DNA of 64,000 nt from a virus, in IMG/VR virus record IMGVR_UViG_3300008107_000012. One strand, given 5' to 3'. The first letter of the stretch is position 1. Each line of letters opens with the position of its first letter. The translations under genes and the position numbers were made by a program. Below are positions 37,176 to 47,498 of this stretch, one piece after another. The notes beneath the pieces are model-generated. The model was not told where the DNA came from and did no database searches. It worked only from the letters and a program-made list of their open reading frames with translations.

Positions 37176-39092
37176 ATGGCAAAAATCAAGCCTCATAAAA
37201 CTGTTGAGCAAATTGCAAAGAAGCATCGTCTTGATGTTTCTTTCATACAGAAGCAACTTGATATGGGAGAACCTATTGAGCATGAGCATACTAAAGATCA
37301 TACATTAGCAATGGATATTGCTCTTCAGCATCTAGATGAAATTCCAGATTATTATACTCGTTTGAAGAAAATGGAAGCAGATGCTAAAAAACATCATAAA
37401 AAATTTAAGGATGTAAAAGAAGAAACCAAGTCTGGAGATGAAGGTCTTCATGATTGGTTTAATAAATCAAAGTCTTCTAATGGCAAAAAAGGGTGGGTTC
37501 AATTAGGTGGTAAATGGGCAGGAAAACCTTGTGCCCGTCAACCAGGTCAAACTTCCACACCAAAATGTGGAAGTTCTAAAATGTCTTCAAATTTATCAGA
37601 TTCTGAAGAAGAAAGGGCAAGACGTAGAAAAAATAGATTAGATCCAAATCAACCAGAAAAAACTGGTGGAGCAAAACCAACTAACGTAAGAACTGAAGAA
37701 ATGGAATTACAGGAAGTAAAAGACAGACCTGGAAAAGGTAGTGGTAAAAAAGATGCTTGCTACAAAAAAGTAAAATCACGTTATGACGTTTGGCCAAGTG
37801 CTTATGCATCTGGAGCACTAGTCAAATGCCGTAGAGTTGGTGCTGCAAACTGGGGAACTAAATCGGAGGCAACTATGCACGAAGAAGAAAGATATTGTCC
37901 TTTATGCGATAAAAGAGAAACTAGATCTGAGTGTTCTTACGGTGGAAAAGCTTGGGATAAAGTTTCAGTAAAAGATCACGAATATTCAATGGTTCGTTCT
38001 GAGTTAGAAACTCTTATGAATGCTGCAGAAAGACTTAAAGTAAAAGTAGAAAAAGGTGAAGGTAGTCTTGAAGCATGGGTTCAGTCAAAGATTACCAAAG
38101 CAGCAGATTATCTTGATACTGCAGCAGACTATGTTGCAAGTGGGGAAATGGAAGAAGAAATGAAGATAACGGTAAGAAGAGGAATATTAAAAGGTTCTCA
38201 AACTCAAATTAAAAAATCAAGTGGTGCATCTGCATTAACTCCCGATGCTGCACAACAACTTGGTCCTAAAGCACAAAAATTACAAAAGAAAGCAGCATCA
38301 AAAGTAGATATTCCTAGATTTGAAGAAAAATTGGTTGATAAAATTACAAAAGAAATCTTAGATGAAAAGTGTTGGACTGGATATAAAAGAAAAAAAGGAA
38401 CTACTCCATACGAAAAAGGTTCTTGTGTAAAAGCAGAAAATGTAACTATTGAAGATGTAGATGGTAATACATTTGCCGAAATAGTTGATATTATCAAACC
38501 AGAACCAATTAAGGGTTTTAAATCTCAAGTTAACGAGGCAACAAGATTGCAAGCACAAACAGGTAATGTAATTGGAGTTACTTTAAACTGGAGAGGAAAA
38601 TATTATTCACTTAAAATGTTTTTCCCGCAAGTAAAACTTCCAACTCGCAAAGAAATTAATGATGAACTTCAAAAAGTTTATCCTGGATGCAATGTAATTT
38701 ATCATTCAGTTTCCGAAATTCAACCAGGACAACCTTTAATTCAAGCATTTGGACCTCAAGGAGGAAGTTCTGCAAAACCGGGACCAAATAGAAATTATAT
38801 AAGACCGATGGGAGAAGAGTTTGAAGTTGATGAAGATTGGCAAAAAGTCAATCGTAAAGATAAGACTGATGGGTTAAGTCAAAAGGCAGTTAATACATAT
38901 CGGCGCGAGAATCCAGGTTCCAAACTACAAACTGCAGTGACTGAAAAAAATCCTACTGGCAAGAGAGCAGATCGACGTAAATCTTTTTGCAGCAGAATGA
39001 GTGGTATGAAAAAAAGATTAACATCCGCAGAAACTGCAAGAGATCCAGATTCAAGAATCAACAAAGCCCTTCGTCGTTGGAATTGTAACTAA
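37176..39092 (+). CDS. Modular basic head-associated protein (DUF5661-like N-terminus, DUF6321-like C-terminus)
   Basis: EHEHT..A.DIALQHL.E.PDYY.RL; RENPGSKL...RRKSFC.RM; late box at 37148-37153. Confidence 0.65.
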   Translation: MAKIKPHKTVEQIAKKHRLDVSFIQKQLDMGEPIEHEHTKDHTLAMDIALQHLDEIPDYYTRLKKMEADAKKHHKKFKDVKEETKSGDEGLHDWFNKSKSSNGKKGWVQLGGKWAGKPCARQPGQTSTPKCGSSKMSSNLSDSEEERARRRKNRLDPNQPEKTGGAKPTNVRTEEMELQEVKDRPGKGSGKKDACYKKVKSRYDVWPSAYASGALVKCRRVGAANWGTKSEATMHEEERYCPLCDKRETRSECSYGGKAWDKVSVKDHEYSMVRSELETLMNAAERLKVKVEKGEGSLEAWVQSKITKAADYLDTAADYVASGEMEEEMKITVRRGILKGSQTQIKKSSGASALTPDAAQQLGPKAQKLQKKAASKVDIPRFEEKLVDKITKEILDEKCWTGYKRKKGTTPYEKGSCVKAENVTIEDVDGNTFAEIVDIIKPEPIKGFKSQVNEATRLQAQTGNVIGVTLNWRGKYYSLKMFFPQVKLPTRKEINDELQKVYPGCNVIYHSVSEIQPGQPLIQAFGPQGGSSAKPGPNRNYIRPMGEEFEVDEDWQKVNRKDKTDGLSQKAVNTYRRENPGSKLQTAVTEKNPTGKRADRRKSFCSRMSGMKKRLTSAETARDPDSRINKALRRWNCN

Positions 39093-39108
39093 TAGGTAGG
39101 TTTTTATT

Positions 39109-40758
39109 ATGTCAAATGATGTATATCTTGGTAATCCGTTACTAAAAAAGGCAAATACAACTCACGAATTTACAGAAGAACAAGTTATAGAGATCGTTAA
39201 GTGCATGAACGATCCTGTTTATTTCGCTAAAAATTATGTTAAAATTGTAACCCTTGATCATGGATTACAAACTTTTCAACCTTATCATTTCCAAGAAAAA
39301 TTAATTAATAATTTCCACAAGCATCGATTTAATATTTGTAAGATGCCTCGTCAGACTGGTAAGTCTACAACTGTGGTATCTTTTTTACTTCACTATGCAG
39401 TTTTTAACGACAATGTAAACATTGGTATTCTAGCAAACAAGGCGGCAACTGCTAGAGAACTTTTGGATAGATTACAAACTGCTTATGAGAATCTTCCTAA
39501 GTGGATGCAGCAGGGTATTATATCTTGGAACAAAGGTTCTCTTGAACTTGAAAACGGTTCTAAGATTTTAGCAGCATCAACATCTGCGTCTGCTGTTCGA
39601 GGAATGTCTTTTAACATTCTATTCTTAGACGAATTTGCTTTCGTTCCAAATCACATTGCAGATTCTTTCTTTGCGTCTGTTTATCCCACAATTACTTCAG
39701 GTAAACAAACAAAAGTAATTATAGTTTCTACCCCACATGGTATGAATCACTTCTACCGAATGTGGCATGATGCTGAGAAGGGTAAAAATGAATATATTTA
39801 CACAGATGTTCATTGGTCGGAAGTTCCAGGTCGTGATGAAGAGTGGAAAAAGCAAACTATTGCTAATACTTCAGAAAATCAATTTAAGGTTGAATTTGAA
39901 TGTGAGTTTTTAGGGTCTGTTGATACATTGATTGCACCTTCAAAACTTAGAGCACTCGTTTATGATCATCCACAAAAAAGTAGTGGCGGATTAGATGTTT
40001 ATGAAAATCCTACAAATAATCACGATTATTTAATTACGGTCGATGTTGCAAGAGGTGTTGGCAATGATTACTCTGCATTTACTGTAGTTGATATTACTAC
40101 TTTTCCACATCAAGTTGTAGCAAAGTATAGAAATAATGAAATAAAACCAATGCTTTTCCCTAATATTATTGTGGATATAGCAAAAAATTACAACAATGCT
40201 TATATTTTATGTGAAGTTAATGATGTTGGTGATCAAGTAGCATCGATTATTCATTATGATTTAGAATATAATAATCTTCTTATGTGTTCTATGAGAGGAA
40301 GAGCTGGTCAAATCGTAGGTCAAGGTTTTTCCGGAAAGAAAACACAACTTGGTGTCAAAATGTCTAAGACAGTAAAAAAAGTTGGATGCCTTAATTTGAA
40401 AACAATGATCGAAGAGAATAAACTTCTTTTTAAAGATTATGATATTATGAGTGAGTTAACTACCTTTATTCAAAAACACAATTCTTTTGAAGCAGAAGAG
40501 GGTTGTAATGATGATTTAGCAATGTGTTTGGTAATTTATGCTTGGTTAGTTGCACAAGATTACTTTAAAGAATTAACAGATCAAGATGTTAGAAAACGTT
40601 TATATGAAGAACAGAAGAATCAGATAGAGCAAGATATGTCTCCATTTGGATTTATATCAGATGGATTAGATGATAGTAGTTTTACTGATGAGGATGGGGA
40701 TAGATGGTTTGTGGATGAGTATGGAGATCGTGCATATATGTGGGAATACATACACTAA
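39109..40758 (+). CDS. gp17: Terminase large subunit gp17
   Basis: PRQTGKST Walker A, FLDEFAF Walker B, DVARG and DDLAM nuclease motifs. Confidence 0.97.
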   Translation: MSNDVYLGNPLLKKANTTHEFTEEQVIEIVKCMNDPVYFAKNYVKIVTLDHGLQTFQPYHFQEKLINNFHKHRFNICKMPRQTGKSTTVVSFLLHYAVFNDNVNIGILANKAATARELLDRLQTAYENLPKWMQQGIISWNKGSLELENGSKILAASTSASAVRGMSFNILFLDEFAFVPNHIADSFFASVYPTITSGKQTKVIIVSTPHGMNHFYRMWHDAEKGKNEYIYTDVHWSEVPGRDEEWKKQTIANTSENQFKVEFECEFLGSVDTLIAPSKLRALVYDHPQKSSGGLDVYENPTNNHDYLITVDVARGVGNDYSAFTVVDITTFPHQVVAKYRNNEIKPMLFPNIIVDIAKNYNNAYILCEVNDVGDQVASIIHYDLEYNNLLMCSMRGRAGQIVGQGFSGKKTQLGVKMSKTVKKVGCLNLKTMIEENKLLFKDYDIMSELTTFIQKHNSFEAEEGCNDDLAMCLVIYAWLVAQDYFKELTDQDVRKRLYEEQKNQIEQDMSPFGFISDGLDDSSFTDEDGDRWFVDEYGDRAYMWEYIH

Positions 40759-40988
40759 TGGATTTAGATAAACAAATAAAATTAGGACATCTATTACTTA
40801 CTGATAGAAAGTGTAGGGTTTGTGGGGAAATGAAAAATTTGATCGATGGATTTTATAGAACAAGAAAAGATAGAGGTCCAGTTTCATCATCATATTCTTA
40901 TGAATGTAAAGAATGTACTGTAAAAAGGATTATTAGTTTAAAAAATAAAAAATTAATTTCATCTAAATGGGAGTATCCTGATTGGTAG
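40758..40988 (+). CDS. Small Zn-finger protein (CxxC...CxxC)
   Basis: RKCRVCGEMK...YSYECKEC; TAATG-coupled to gp17. Confidence 0.75.
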   Translation: MDLDKQIKLGHLLLTDRKCRVCGEMKNLIDGFYRTRKDRGPVSSSYSYECKECTVKRIISLKNKKLISSKWEYPDW

Positions 40989-41065
40989 TTCACGTCTTAT
41001 TTCCCCTACGTAAAGTCAGGTTTTAATAAATAATTTTTAGTTAAACTGAGATTACGGAGAAAAAC

Positions 41066-43264
41066 ATGGCGACTCCTCAATTATCTCCTGGTGTACTTAT
41101 CAGAGAGGTTGATTTAACTGTAGGAAGAGCTGATAATGTTTTAGATAACATTGGAGCTATTGCGGGTCCTTTTGCAATTGGTCCAGTCGATGAAGCAGTT
41201 GATATTACTACAGAAAGAGAACTTATTAATGTTTTCGGAAAACCAATTTCGACAGATGCTCAATATGAATATTGGATGAGTGCATCATCATTTCTTTCAT
41301 ATGGGGGTGTTCTTAAGGTTGCTAGAGTAGATGGATCTAATCTAGTAAACGCAAATGCCATTCGCAACTCTTCTGGTGTCTCTACAGCAGGAGAACCTTC
41401 ACTTAAGATCAAAAATTTTGATGACTATCAAGCAAATTATGCGGATGATATTGCAAACTATATTTTTGCAGCAAAAACTCCAGGCTCTTGGTCAAATGAT
41501 CTGAAAGTATGCGTAATTGATGATAAGGCAGACCAAATTCTTAATGTAGGAGCAGCAATTACTACTCAAGCAACAGTTGGTATGGCTGTCACAACAGCTC
41601 TTACAAATGTTGTTTCTGCAGGAGTAGGAACTACTTCCGTATTCAATGGATATCTAAAGAGTATTATTACTGGGATTGGAGCAAGCACTCTTGATGTAAA
41701 GATCACTTCCGTAGTTAGCACAGGTGGAGTAGAAACTCCAGTAACTTACGCACAAAAATCTAGACTAAGATCCTTTACTCCTGCAACTGGTGGTGGATCA
41801 ATAACAGTTGCTTTAATAGATTCTTCTGGTGCTGAAGTTGACACTGCAACCATTAATACCGGATCCAATCCAATTAGAGATTGGTACGATCAACAAGTCC
41901 TTACTTTAAGTAATACTGCAATTTATTGGAATTCTATTGCACCTAAACCAGGTACATCACAATACGCAGTACAAAGAAATGGGAAGAGTGATGAAATTCA
42001 CGTAGTTATTGTTGACGATACTGGCACAGTTACTGGTACTCAAGGAACACTTTTAGAAAAGCATATTGGTTTGTCAAAGGCAACTGATGCAATTTCTGCA
42101 GTCAATTCACCTCAAAAAATATGGTGGAAAGATTACTTAGCTCAGTACTCAAACTATGTTTACGTTGGAGATAATCCTTCAGACGAATTAAATGTTAATG
42201 AACCAGTTTCTGCAACTGGATTCTCAACTGCATTTACAGAATATACCAATTCCGAAGGTCTTTGGAATAAAGATGCTCAAGACAGAACATACAGTGCTCT
42301 TGGAAATGTAACTTATAATCTCAGTGGAGGTAAAGATTATTCAAATAGTGGTGGAATGACTGCTACTTTAGGGGATTTAATTACCGCTTATAATCTTTTC
42401 AATAATAGAGATGAAATTCAAGTTGATTATTTAATTATGGGTCCAGGACTTGGTAATAAATTTGAATCCCAAGCAAAAGCAAATCACTTAATTTCTCTTG
42501 CAAATCAAAGAAAAGATTGCGTCGCAGTAATTTCTCCACATCGTACTGATGTTGTAGATGTCACAAATACTGATACTCAAACTGATAATGTTTTAGAATT
42601 TTTCTCCCCACTTTCATCATCTTCTTATGCAATATTTGATGCTGGGTATAAGTACACTTATGATAGATTCAATAATAAGTTCCGTTATATTCCTTGTAAC
42701 GCGGACGTTGCAGGTCTTTGTGTAAGAACTTCAATCTTTGCATATCCTTGGTTTTCACCTGCAGGTCAGCAAAGAGGAATCCTGAATAATGCGATTAAAC
42801 TTGCGTACAATCCATCTAAGGCACAAAGGGATCAACTTTATCCACAGAGAATTAACGCAATTATAAATCAACCTGGAATTGGAATTCTTCTCTTTGGAGA
42901 TAAAACTGCTCTTGGTTATGCTTCTGCGTTTGACAGAATTAATGTTCGTCGTCTATTCCTAACTGTTGAGCAAGCTCTTGAGAGATCTGCACAAGCACAA
43001 CTCTTTGAACTGAACGATGCTATTACGAGAGCAAACTTTGTCAACATTGTAGAACCATATCTCCGTGATGTTCAGGCAAAGAGAGGTCTTTATGGTTTCC
43101 TAGTTGTTTGCGATGAATCAAATAACACCCCAGATGTTATTGATAATAATGAATTCAGAGCAGACATTTATCTGAAGCCTGCGAAGTCTATTAACTATGT
43201 AACTCTAACATTCGTGGCAACCAGAACTGGTGTTGCGTTTGAAGAAGTTGTTGGAACTGTTTGA
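41066..43264 (+). CDS. gp18: Tail sheath protein gp18
   Basis: SPGVLIREVDLT, PWFSPAG..RG, FDRINVRRLF; late box at 41027-41032. Confidence 0.97.
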   Translation: MATPQLSPGVLIREVDLTVGRADNVLDNIGAIAGPFAIGPVDEAVDITTERELINVFGKPISTDAQYEYWMSASSFLSYGGVLKVARVDGSNLVNANAIRNSSGVSTAGEPSLKIKNFDDYQANYADDIANYIFAAKTPGSWSNDLKVCVIDDKADQILNVGAAITTQATVGMAVTTALTNVVSAGVGTTSVFNGYLKSIITGIGASTLDVKITSVVSTGGVETPVTYAQKSRLRSFTPATGGGSITVALIDSSGAEVDTATINTGSNPIRDWYDQQVLTLSNTAIYWNSIAPKPGTSQYAVQRNGKSDEIHVVIVDDTGTVTGTQGTLLEKHIGLSKATDAISAVNSPQKIWWKDYLAQYSNYVYVGDNPSDELNVNEPVSATGFSTAFTEYTNSEGLWNKDAQDRTYSALGNVTYNLSGGKDYSNSGGMTATLGDLITAYNLFNNRDEIQVDYLIMGPGLGNKFESQAKANHLISLANQRKDCVAVISPHRTDVVDVTNTDTQTDNVLEFFSPLSSSSYAIFDAGYKYTYDRFNNKFRYIPCNADVAGLCVRTSIFAYPWFSPAGQQRGILNNAIKLAYNPSKAQRDQLYPQRINAIINQPGIGILLFGDKTALGYASAFDRINVRRLFLTVEQALERSAQAQLFELNDAITRANFVNIVEPYLRDVQAKRGLYGFLVVCDESNNTPDVIDNNEFRADIYLKPAKSINYVTLTFVATRTGVAFEEVVGTV

Positions 43265-43296
43265 TTATTATAAATTAACCTAGGAGGATCCAAAAA

Positions 43297-43887
43297 ATGG
43301 CACACTCAATTCAAGACTTCAAAAAGGCACTTATTGGTGGAGGTGCAAGACCTAATCTATTTGAAGTTGCTATTCCAACTCTCCCAAATGGAGTTGATTT
43401 TGGAGGCACTGAAGGTCAAGATAACTTTAGTATGTTATGTAAAGCAGCAGCACTTCCAGCATCTAATATTGCATCAATCGACGTTCCTTTTAGAGGACGT
43501 ATTATGAAAGTTGCTGGTGACAGAACATTTGATACTTGGACAGTAACTGTTATTAATGACGAAAACTTTGCCATTAGAAATGCGATGGAAATTTGGATGC
43601 AGAAAATTGGACAATATGGAGACGCAAGTGGTGATACCAACCCTGCAGATTATATGGTTGATGCATATGTTAAACAACTGAAAAGATCTGCATCTGCTAC
43701 TGGATTTAATTCTGCAACTGGTGGAGGACTACAGGCAGCTGCTCTGTATAAATTTTATTCAATCTTCCCAACTAATATTGCTGCAATTGATCTTTCTTAT
43801 GATACTTCTGATACGATTGAAGAGTTTACTGTAGAATTCCAAGTTCAGTACTGGACTCCACAAGGCCCACAAGAGGCTTGGCAATAA
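43297..43887 (+). CDS. gp19: Tail tube protein gp19
   Basis: GGARPNLFEV, AGDRTFD.WT.TV.ND, IEEF.VEFQ. Confidence 0.96.
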   Translation: MAHSIQDFKKALIGGGARPNLFEVAIPTLPNGVDFGGTEGQDNFSMLCKAAALPASNIASIDVPFRGRIMKVAGDRTFDTWTVTVINDENFAIRNAMEIWMQKIGQYGDASGDTNPADYMVDAYVKQLKRSASATGFNSATGGGLQAAALYKFYSIFPTNIAAIDLSYDTSDTIEEFTVEFQVQYWTPQGPQEAWQ

Positions 43888-43922
43888 GGATAAATATATC
43901 AAGATACGTTTAGACTTTAATA

Positions 43923-45611
43923 ATGGCAAAGTTATTTGGATTTTCTATTGAAGATACAGAACCACTGTCTCCGGGTGTCGTTTCTCCTGTTCCAGAGAAT
44001 AGAGAGGACGAATCAGATTACTACCTGAGCAGTGGTTTTTTTGGCTCTTATGTAGATATTGAAGGGGTATATAGAACAGAATTTGATTTAATTAAAAGAT
44101 ATCGTGAAATGGCACTTCATCCAGAATGTGATAGTGCCATTGAAGATATTGTCAATGAAGCTATTGTCAGTGATACAAATGATTCACCTATAGAAATTGA
44201 GCTATCTAATTTAAATGCTAGTGATGGCATCAAAAATAAAATACGACAAGAATTTAAATATATTTTATCTTTGTTAGATTTTGATAAAAAATCTCACGAA
44301 ATTTATAGGAATTGGTATGTTGATGGAAGACTATATTATCATAAGGTTATTGACTTAAAAGATCCTCACGCAGGGATTCAAGAGTTGAGATATATTGATC
44401 CAATGAAAATGCGTTATGTGAGGCAGCAGAAAAAAACAGAAAAGCAAAATAAAGTTTACAGACTATCAGGATCAAATTCAGACGATCCTATGAATTATGA
44501 ATTTCCTCAAATTGAGGAATACTTTATCTATAACCCAAAAATGAATTATCCAACATCAAATCCTTCTTCTATGGGAGGAACTGGTGGGGTTAAATTTACT
44601 AGAGATTCTATTACTTATTGCACTTCAGGTTTAGTAGATAGAAATAAAGGTTCAACACTATCATATCTGCATAAGGCAATTAAATCTCTCAATCAACTAA
44701 GAATGATTGAGGACTCTCTTGTAATTTATAGACTTTCCAGAGCACCAGAACGTCGTATTTTCTACATCGATGTAGGTAATCTTCCAAAAGTAAAGGCAGA
44801 GCAATATCTTCGTGATGTTATGATGCGTTATCGTAATAAACTTGTGTATGATGCAAATACCGGAGAAATTCGTGATGATCGTAAGTTTATGGCAATGCTT
44901 GAGGACTTCTGGCTTCCTCGTCGTGAAGGGGGTAGAGGCACTGAGATCTCTACACTTCCTGGTGGTCAAAATCTTGGAGAAATTACTGATATTGAATACT
45001 TTAAAAAGAAACTTTATCGTTCTTTGAATGTTCCTCCATCAAGAATGGACGGAGAAGGTGGGTTTAATCTCGGTCGTTCTTCCGAAATTCTTCGGGATGA
45101 AGTTAAGTTCAGCAAATTTGTTGCTCGTTTAAGAAAAAGATTTTCTTATATGTTCCACGATATGCTAAAAACTCAACTAATTCTTAAAAATATTATTACT
45201 CCAGAAGACTGGAATACAATGGAGGAACATATTCAATATGACTTTTTATATGACAATCACTTTGCGGAACTTAAGGATGCTGAACTTCTAAATGAAAGAC
45301 TGAATATGGTTCAGATTGCCGAACCATATGTTGGCAAATATTTCTCTCAAGATTATCTGAGACGTAAAATTCTTCGTCAGACTGATGAAGAGATTCTTGA
45401 GCAAGATAAAATTATGAAAAAAGAAATTGAAGATGGAATCATTCCTGATCCTAATGCTCCAGTAGATCCTACAACTGGTATGCCTTTGGGACCAGAAACC
45501 GCACAAATGGATCTTGGTCAACCAGTAATGGAACCAAATCTTGATGCACAAGGAAAAGCAACTCAAGTAGATGCTAAAGTTGCAGAAATGCCCAAGGGTG
45601 GGGAAATATAA
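43923..45611 (+). CDS. gp20: Portal protein gp20
   Basis: YRLSRAPERRIFYIDVGNLPK.KAEQY, EDFWLPRREGGRGTEI. Confidence 0.98.
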   Translation: MAKLFGFSIEDTEPLSPGVVSPVPENREDESDYYLSSGFFGSYVDIEGVYRTEFDLIKRYREMALHPECDSAIEDIVNEAIVSDTNDSPIEIELSNLNASDGIKNKIRQEFKYILSLLDFDKKSHEIYRNWYVDGRLYYHKVIDLKDPHAGIQELRYIDPMKMRYVRQQKKTEKQNKVYRLSGSNSDDPMNYEFPQIEEYFIYNPKMNYPTSNPSSMGGTGGVKFTRDSITYCTSGLVDRNKGSTLSYLHKAIKSLNQLRMIEDSLVIYRLSRAPERRIFYIDVGNLPKVKAEQYLRDVMMRYRNKLVYDANTGEIRDDRKFMAMLEDFWLPRREGGRGTEISTLPGGQNLGEITDIEYFKKKLYRSLNVPPSRMDGEGGFNLGRSSEILRDEVKFSKFVARLRKRFSYMFHDMLKTQLILKNIITPEDWNTMEEHIQYDFLYDNHFAELKDAELLNERLNMVQIAEPYVGKYFSQDYLRRKILRQTDEEILEQDKIMKKEIEDGIIPDPNAPVDPTTGMPLGPETAQMDLGQPVMEPNLDAQGKATQVDAKVAEMPKGGEI

Positions 45612-45639
45612 ATAGAAAAAATTACTTTAGGTATTAAAA

Positions 45640-45801
45640 ATGGATGATCTTTTAGATATGATTGCTGCTGATGAATCTCCTTCTCAGATCAGTGATAAAA
45701 TTAAAGAATTAATTTTTACACGAACTGCAGAAAAAATTGATGAATTAAGACCTACAGTAGCAATGAGTATGTTTGGGCAAGAAACACAAACCGAGGAATG
45801 A
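45640..45801 (+). CDS. Small prohead core protein (gp67-like)
   Basis: 53-aa acidic ORF right after portal with TATAAATA at 45607-45614; below the track cutoff. Confidence 0.6.
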   Translation: MDDLLDMIAADESPSQISDKIKELIFTRTAEKIDELRPTVAMSMFGQETQTEE

Positions 45802-45802
45802 T

Positions 45803-46123
45803 ATGAAATCTTTCAAGCAATTTATATCTGAATCAGTTAATATTGCTGGAGATTTTACAGGAAATCTTTATATCAACTCACAACCAGAACACCAACAACA
45901 AGTTGGTGAGGAATATGTTGCCGATGTAATGTGGCAAGGAAGTTTATATCGTTTAGAACTTATTACTAAAACAGGAATTCCTTCTCCAAGAGATCTTGGT
46001 GAACAACTGCAATCTGATTATCCCGGAGCAGTTGTTCACCAAATTTATCCAGTAACAGAAAAAAATTTAAACATCAAGAATGCACAAAGATACCACCCAT
46101 CAAAATTAGAATGGATTGATTGA
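45803..46123 (+). CDS. Putative internal head protein with capsid-targeting sequence MKSFKQFISE
   Basis: N-terminus matches the T4 internal-protein CTS pattern (MKTYQEFIAE); GAGG RBS. Confidence 0.7.
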   Translation: MKSFKQFISESVNIAGDFTGNLYINSQPEHQQQVGEEYVADVMWQGSLYRLELITKTGIPSPRDLGEQLQSDYPGAVVHQIYPVTEKNLNIKNAQRYHPSKLEWID

Positions 46124-46126
46124 TAA

Positions 46127-47464
46127 ATGGCTCAGTGGAATATAACTACTCAAGATTATTTAAATCAAGAAAGATCCCTCTTTGAGGTTTATATGAGGGC
46201 TAATAAGTATGGGGAAATTTATGAAGATTTAGGACAAGGATTTTCTGGAGATGCTTTCGGAAGACTGAGAACATCAACTCCTTTCACTCTTGGAGATTAT
46301 AAGCATCTTTATTCTATTGATCCTGACTTTATAGATGTGAAGGTAGGAACTGGAGCAACTGTAACTTTTGATGGTAATCAGGCAGCAGCAATTTTAAGTT
46401 CTGGTATCAGTACTGATGGATATTGTATTCATCAGACAAAGAGATATCATCATTATATGCCTGGTAAATCTCAGGTCATTTATTCAACATTTAATTATGG
46501 TGCAGCACAACAAAATGTATATAAGAGAACTGGGTATTTTGATGATAGGGATGGGATCTTCTTTGAGCAAGCACCAGATGGCACTTTGAGTTTTGTGATC
46601 AGATCTTATGTAACTGGAATTGCTTCAGATAGGAGAGTTATTCAATCTGAATGGAATAAGGATACACTGGATGGAAATGGTCCTTCTGGATTTAATCTGG
46701 ACATTACCAAAACTCAATTATTCATGACTGATTTTGAGTGGTTGGGTGTTGGTAGAGTTCGTTGTGGATTTAGTATAGACGGATATAATATTATTGCTCA
46801 TGAATTTTATAATGCAAATCATCTTCCAACAGTTTATATGTCTAATCCAAACCTTCCAGTAAGGTGTGAGGTTAGAAATACTGGAGCCCAAGTAGGTGCT
46901 GGAGGATCTTTTATTCAAATTTGCTCTACTGTAATGAGTGAGGGTGGATATACAGAGTCTGGTAGAGAATATTCACATACATCAAATCTCAGAACTGTTG
47001 GGGTTGGCACTACTGTTCCTATTCTGGCAATTAAACTTAAAAATTCATTTAAGGGTTATCCAAATAGAGCAACGGTAAAACTTGAAGATGTTTCAGTATT
47101 TTCAAATGGTGCGAATGTAAAATATGAAGTCGTAAAGTTAAGAAGTTCTGCTGCACTTGCTGGAGTAGGAACTTGGATTTCTGAGAATGATGAGTCTGTT
47201 GTTGAATACAATCAATCTTTAACTGGAATTAGCACTGCATATTTTGAAGACTTTATGGGTGGTTTTGCTGTAGGAGAAAGTCAAAATTCACAAAAACCAT
47301 CTGCAACAACTGCGGATACTCAGTCAGGTCCAACTTCAAAAAAAAATTATCTCTCCCAAAATTATGATTCTACAGATTCTGAGATTTTTTCAGTTCGTGT
47401 AACAAATATAGGTGATGCTAGCACTAATGTTGGAGTATCTTTAAGGTGGAGGGAGATTTACTAA
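46127..47464 (+). CDS. Hypothetical beta-rich virion-associated protein
   Basis: DAFGRLR, YMPGKS, EWLGVG.VR.GF motifs; located in the head gene block. Confidence 0.6.
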   Translation: MAQWNITTQDYLNQERSLFEVYMRANKYGEIYEDLGQGFSGDAFGRLRTSTPFTLGDYKHLYSIDPDFIDVKVGTGATVTFDGNQAAAILSSGISTDGYCIHQTKRYHHYMPGKSQVIYSTFNYGAAQQNVYKRTGYFDDRDGIFFEQAPDGTLSFVIRSYVTGIASDRRVIQSEWNKDTLDGNGPSGFNLDITKTQLFMTDFEWLGVGRVRCGFSIDGYNIIAHEFYNANHLPTVYMSNPNLPVRCEVRNTGAQVGAGGSFIQICSTVMSEGGYTESGREYSHTSNLRTVGVGTTVPILAIKLKNSFKGYPNRATVKLEDVSVFSNGANVKYEVVKLRSSAALAGVGTWISENDESVVEYNQSLTGISTAYFEDFMGGFAVGESQNSQKPSATTADTQSGPTSKKNYLSQNYDSTDSEIFSVRVTNIGDASTNVGVSLRWREIY

Positions 47465-47498
47465 TTTAATAAATAACTAAAAGTTTATTATACGAATA

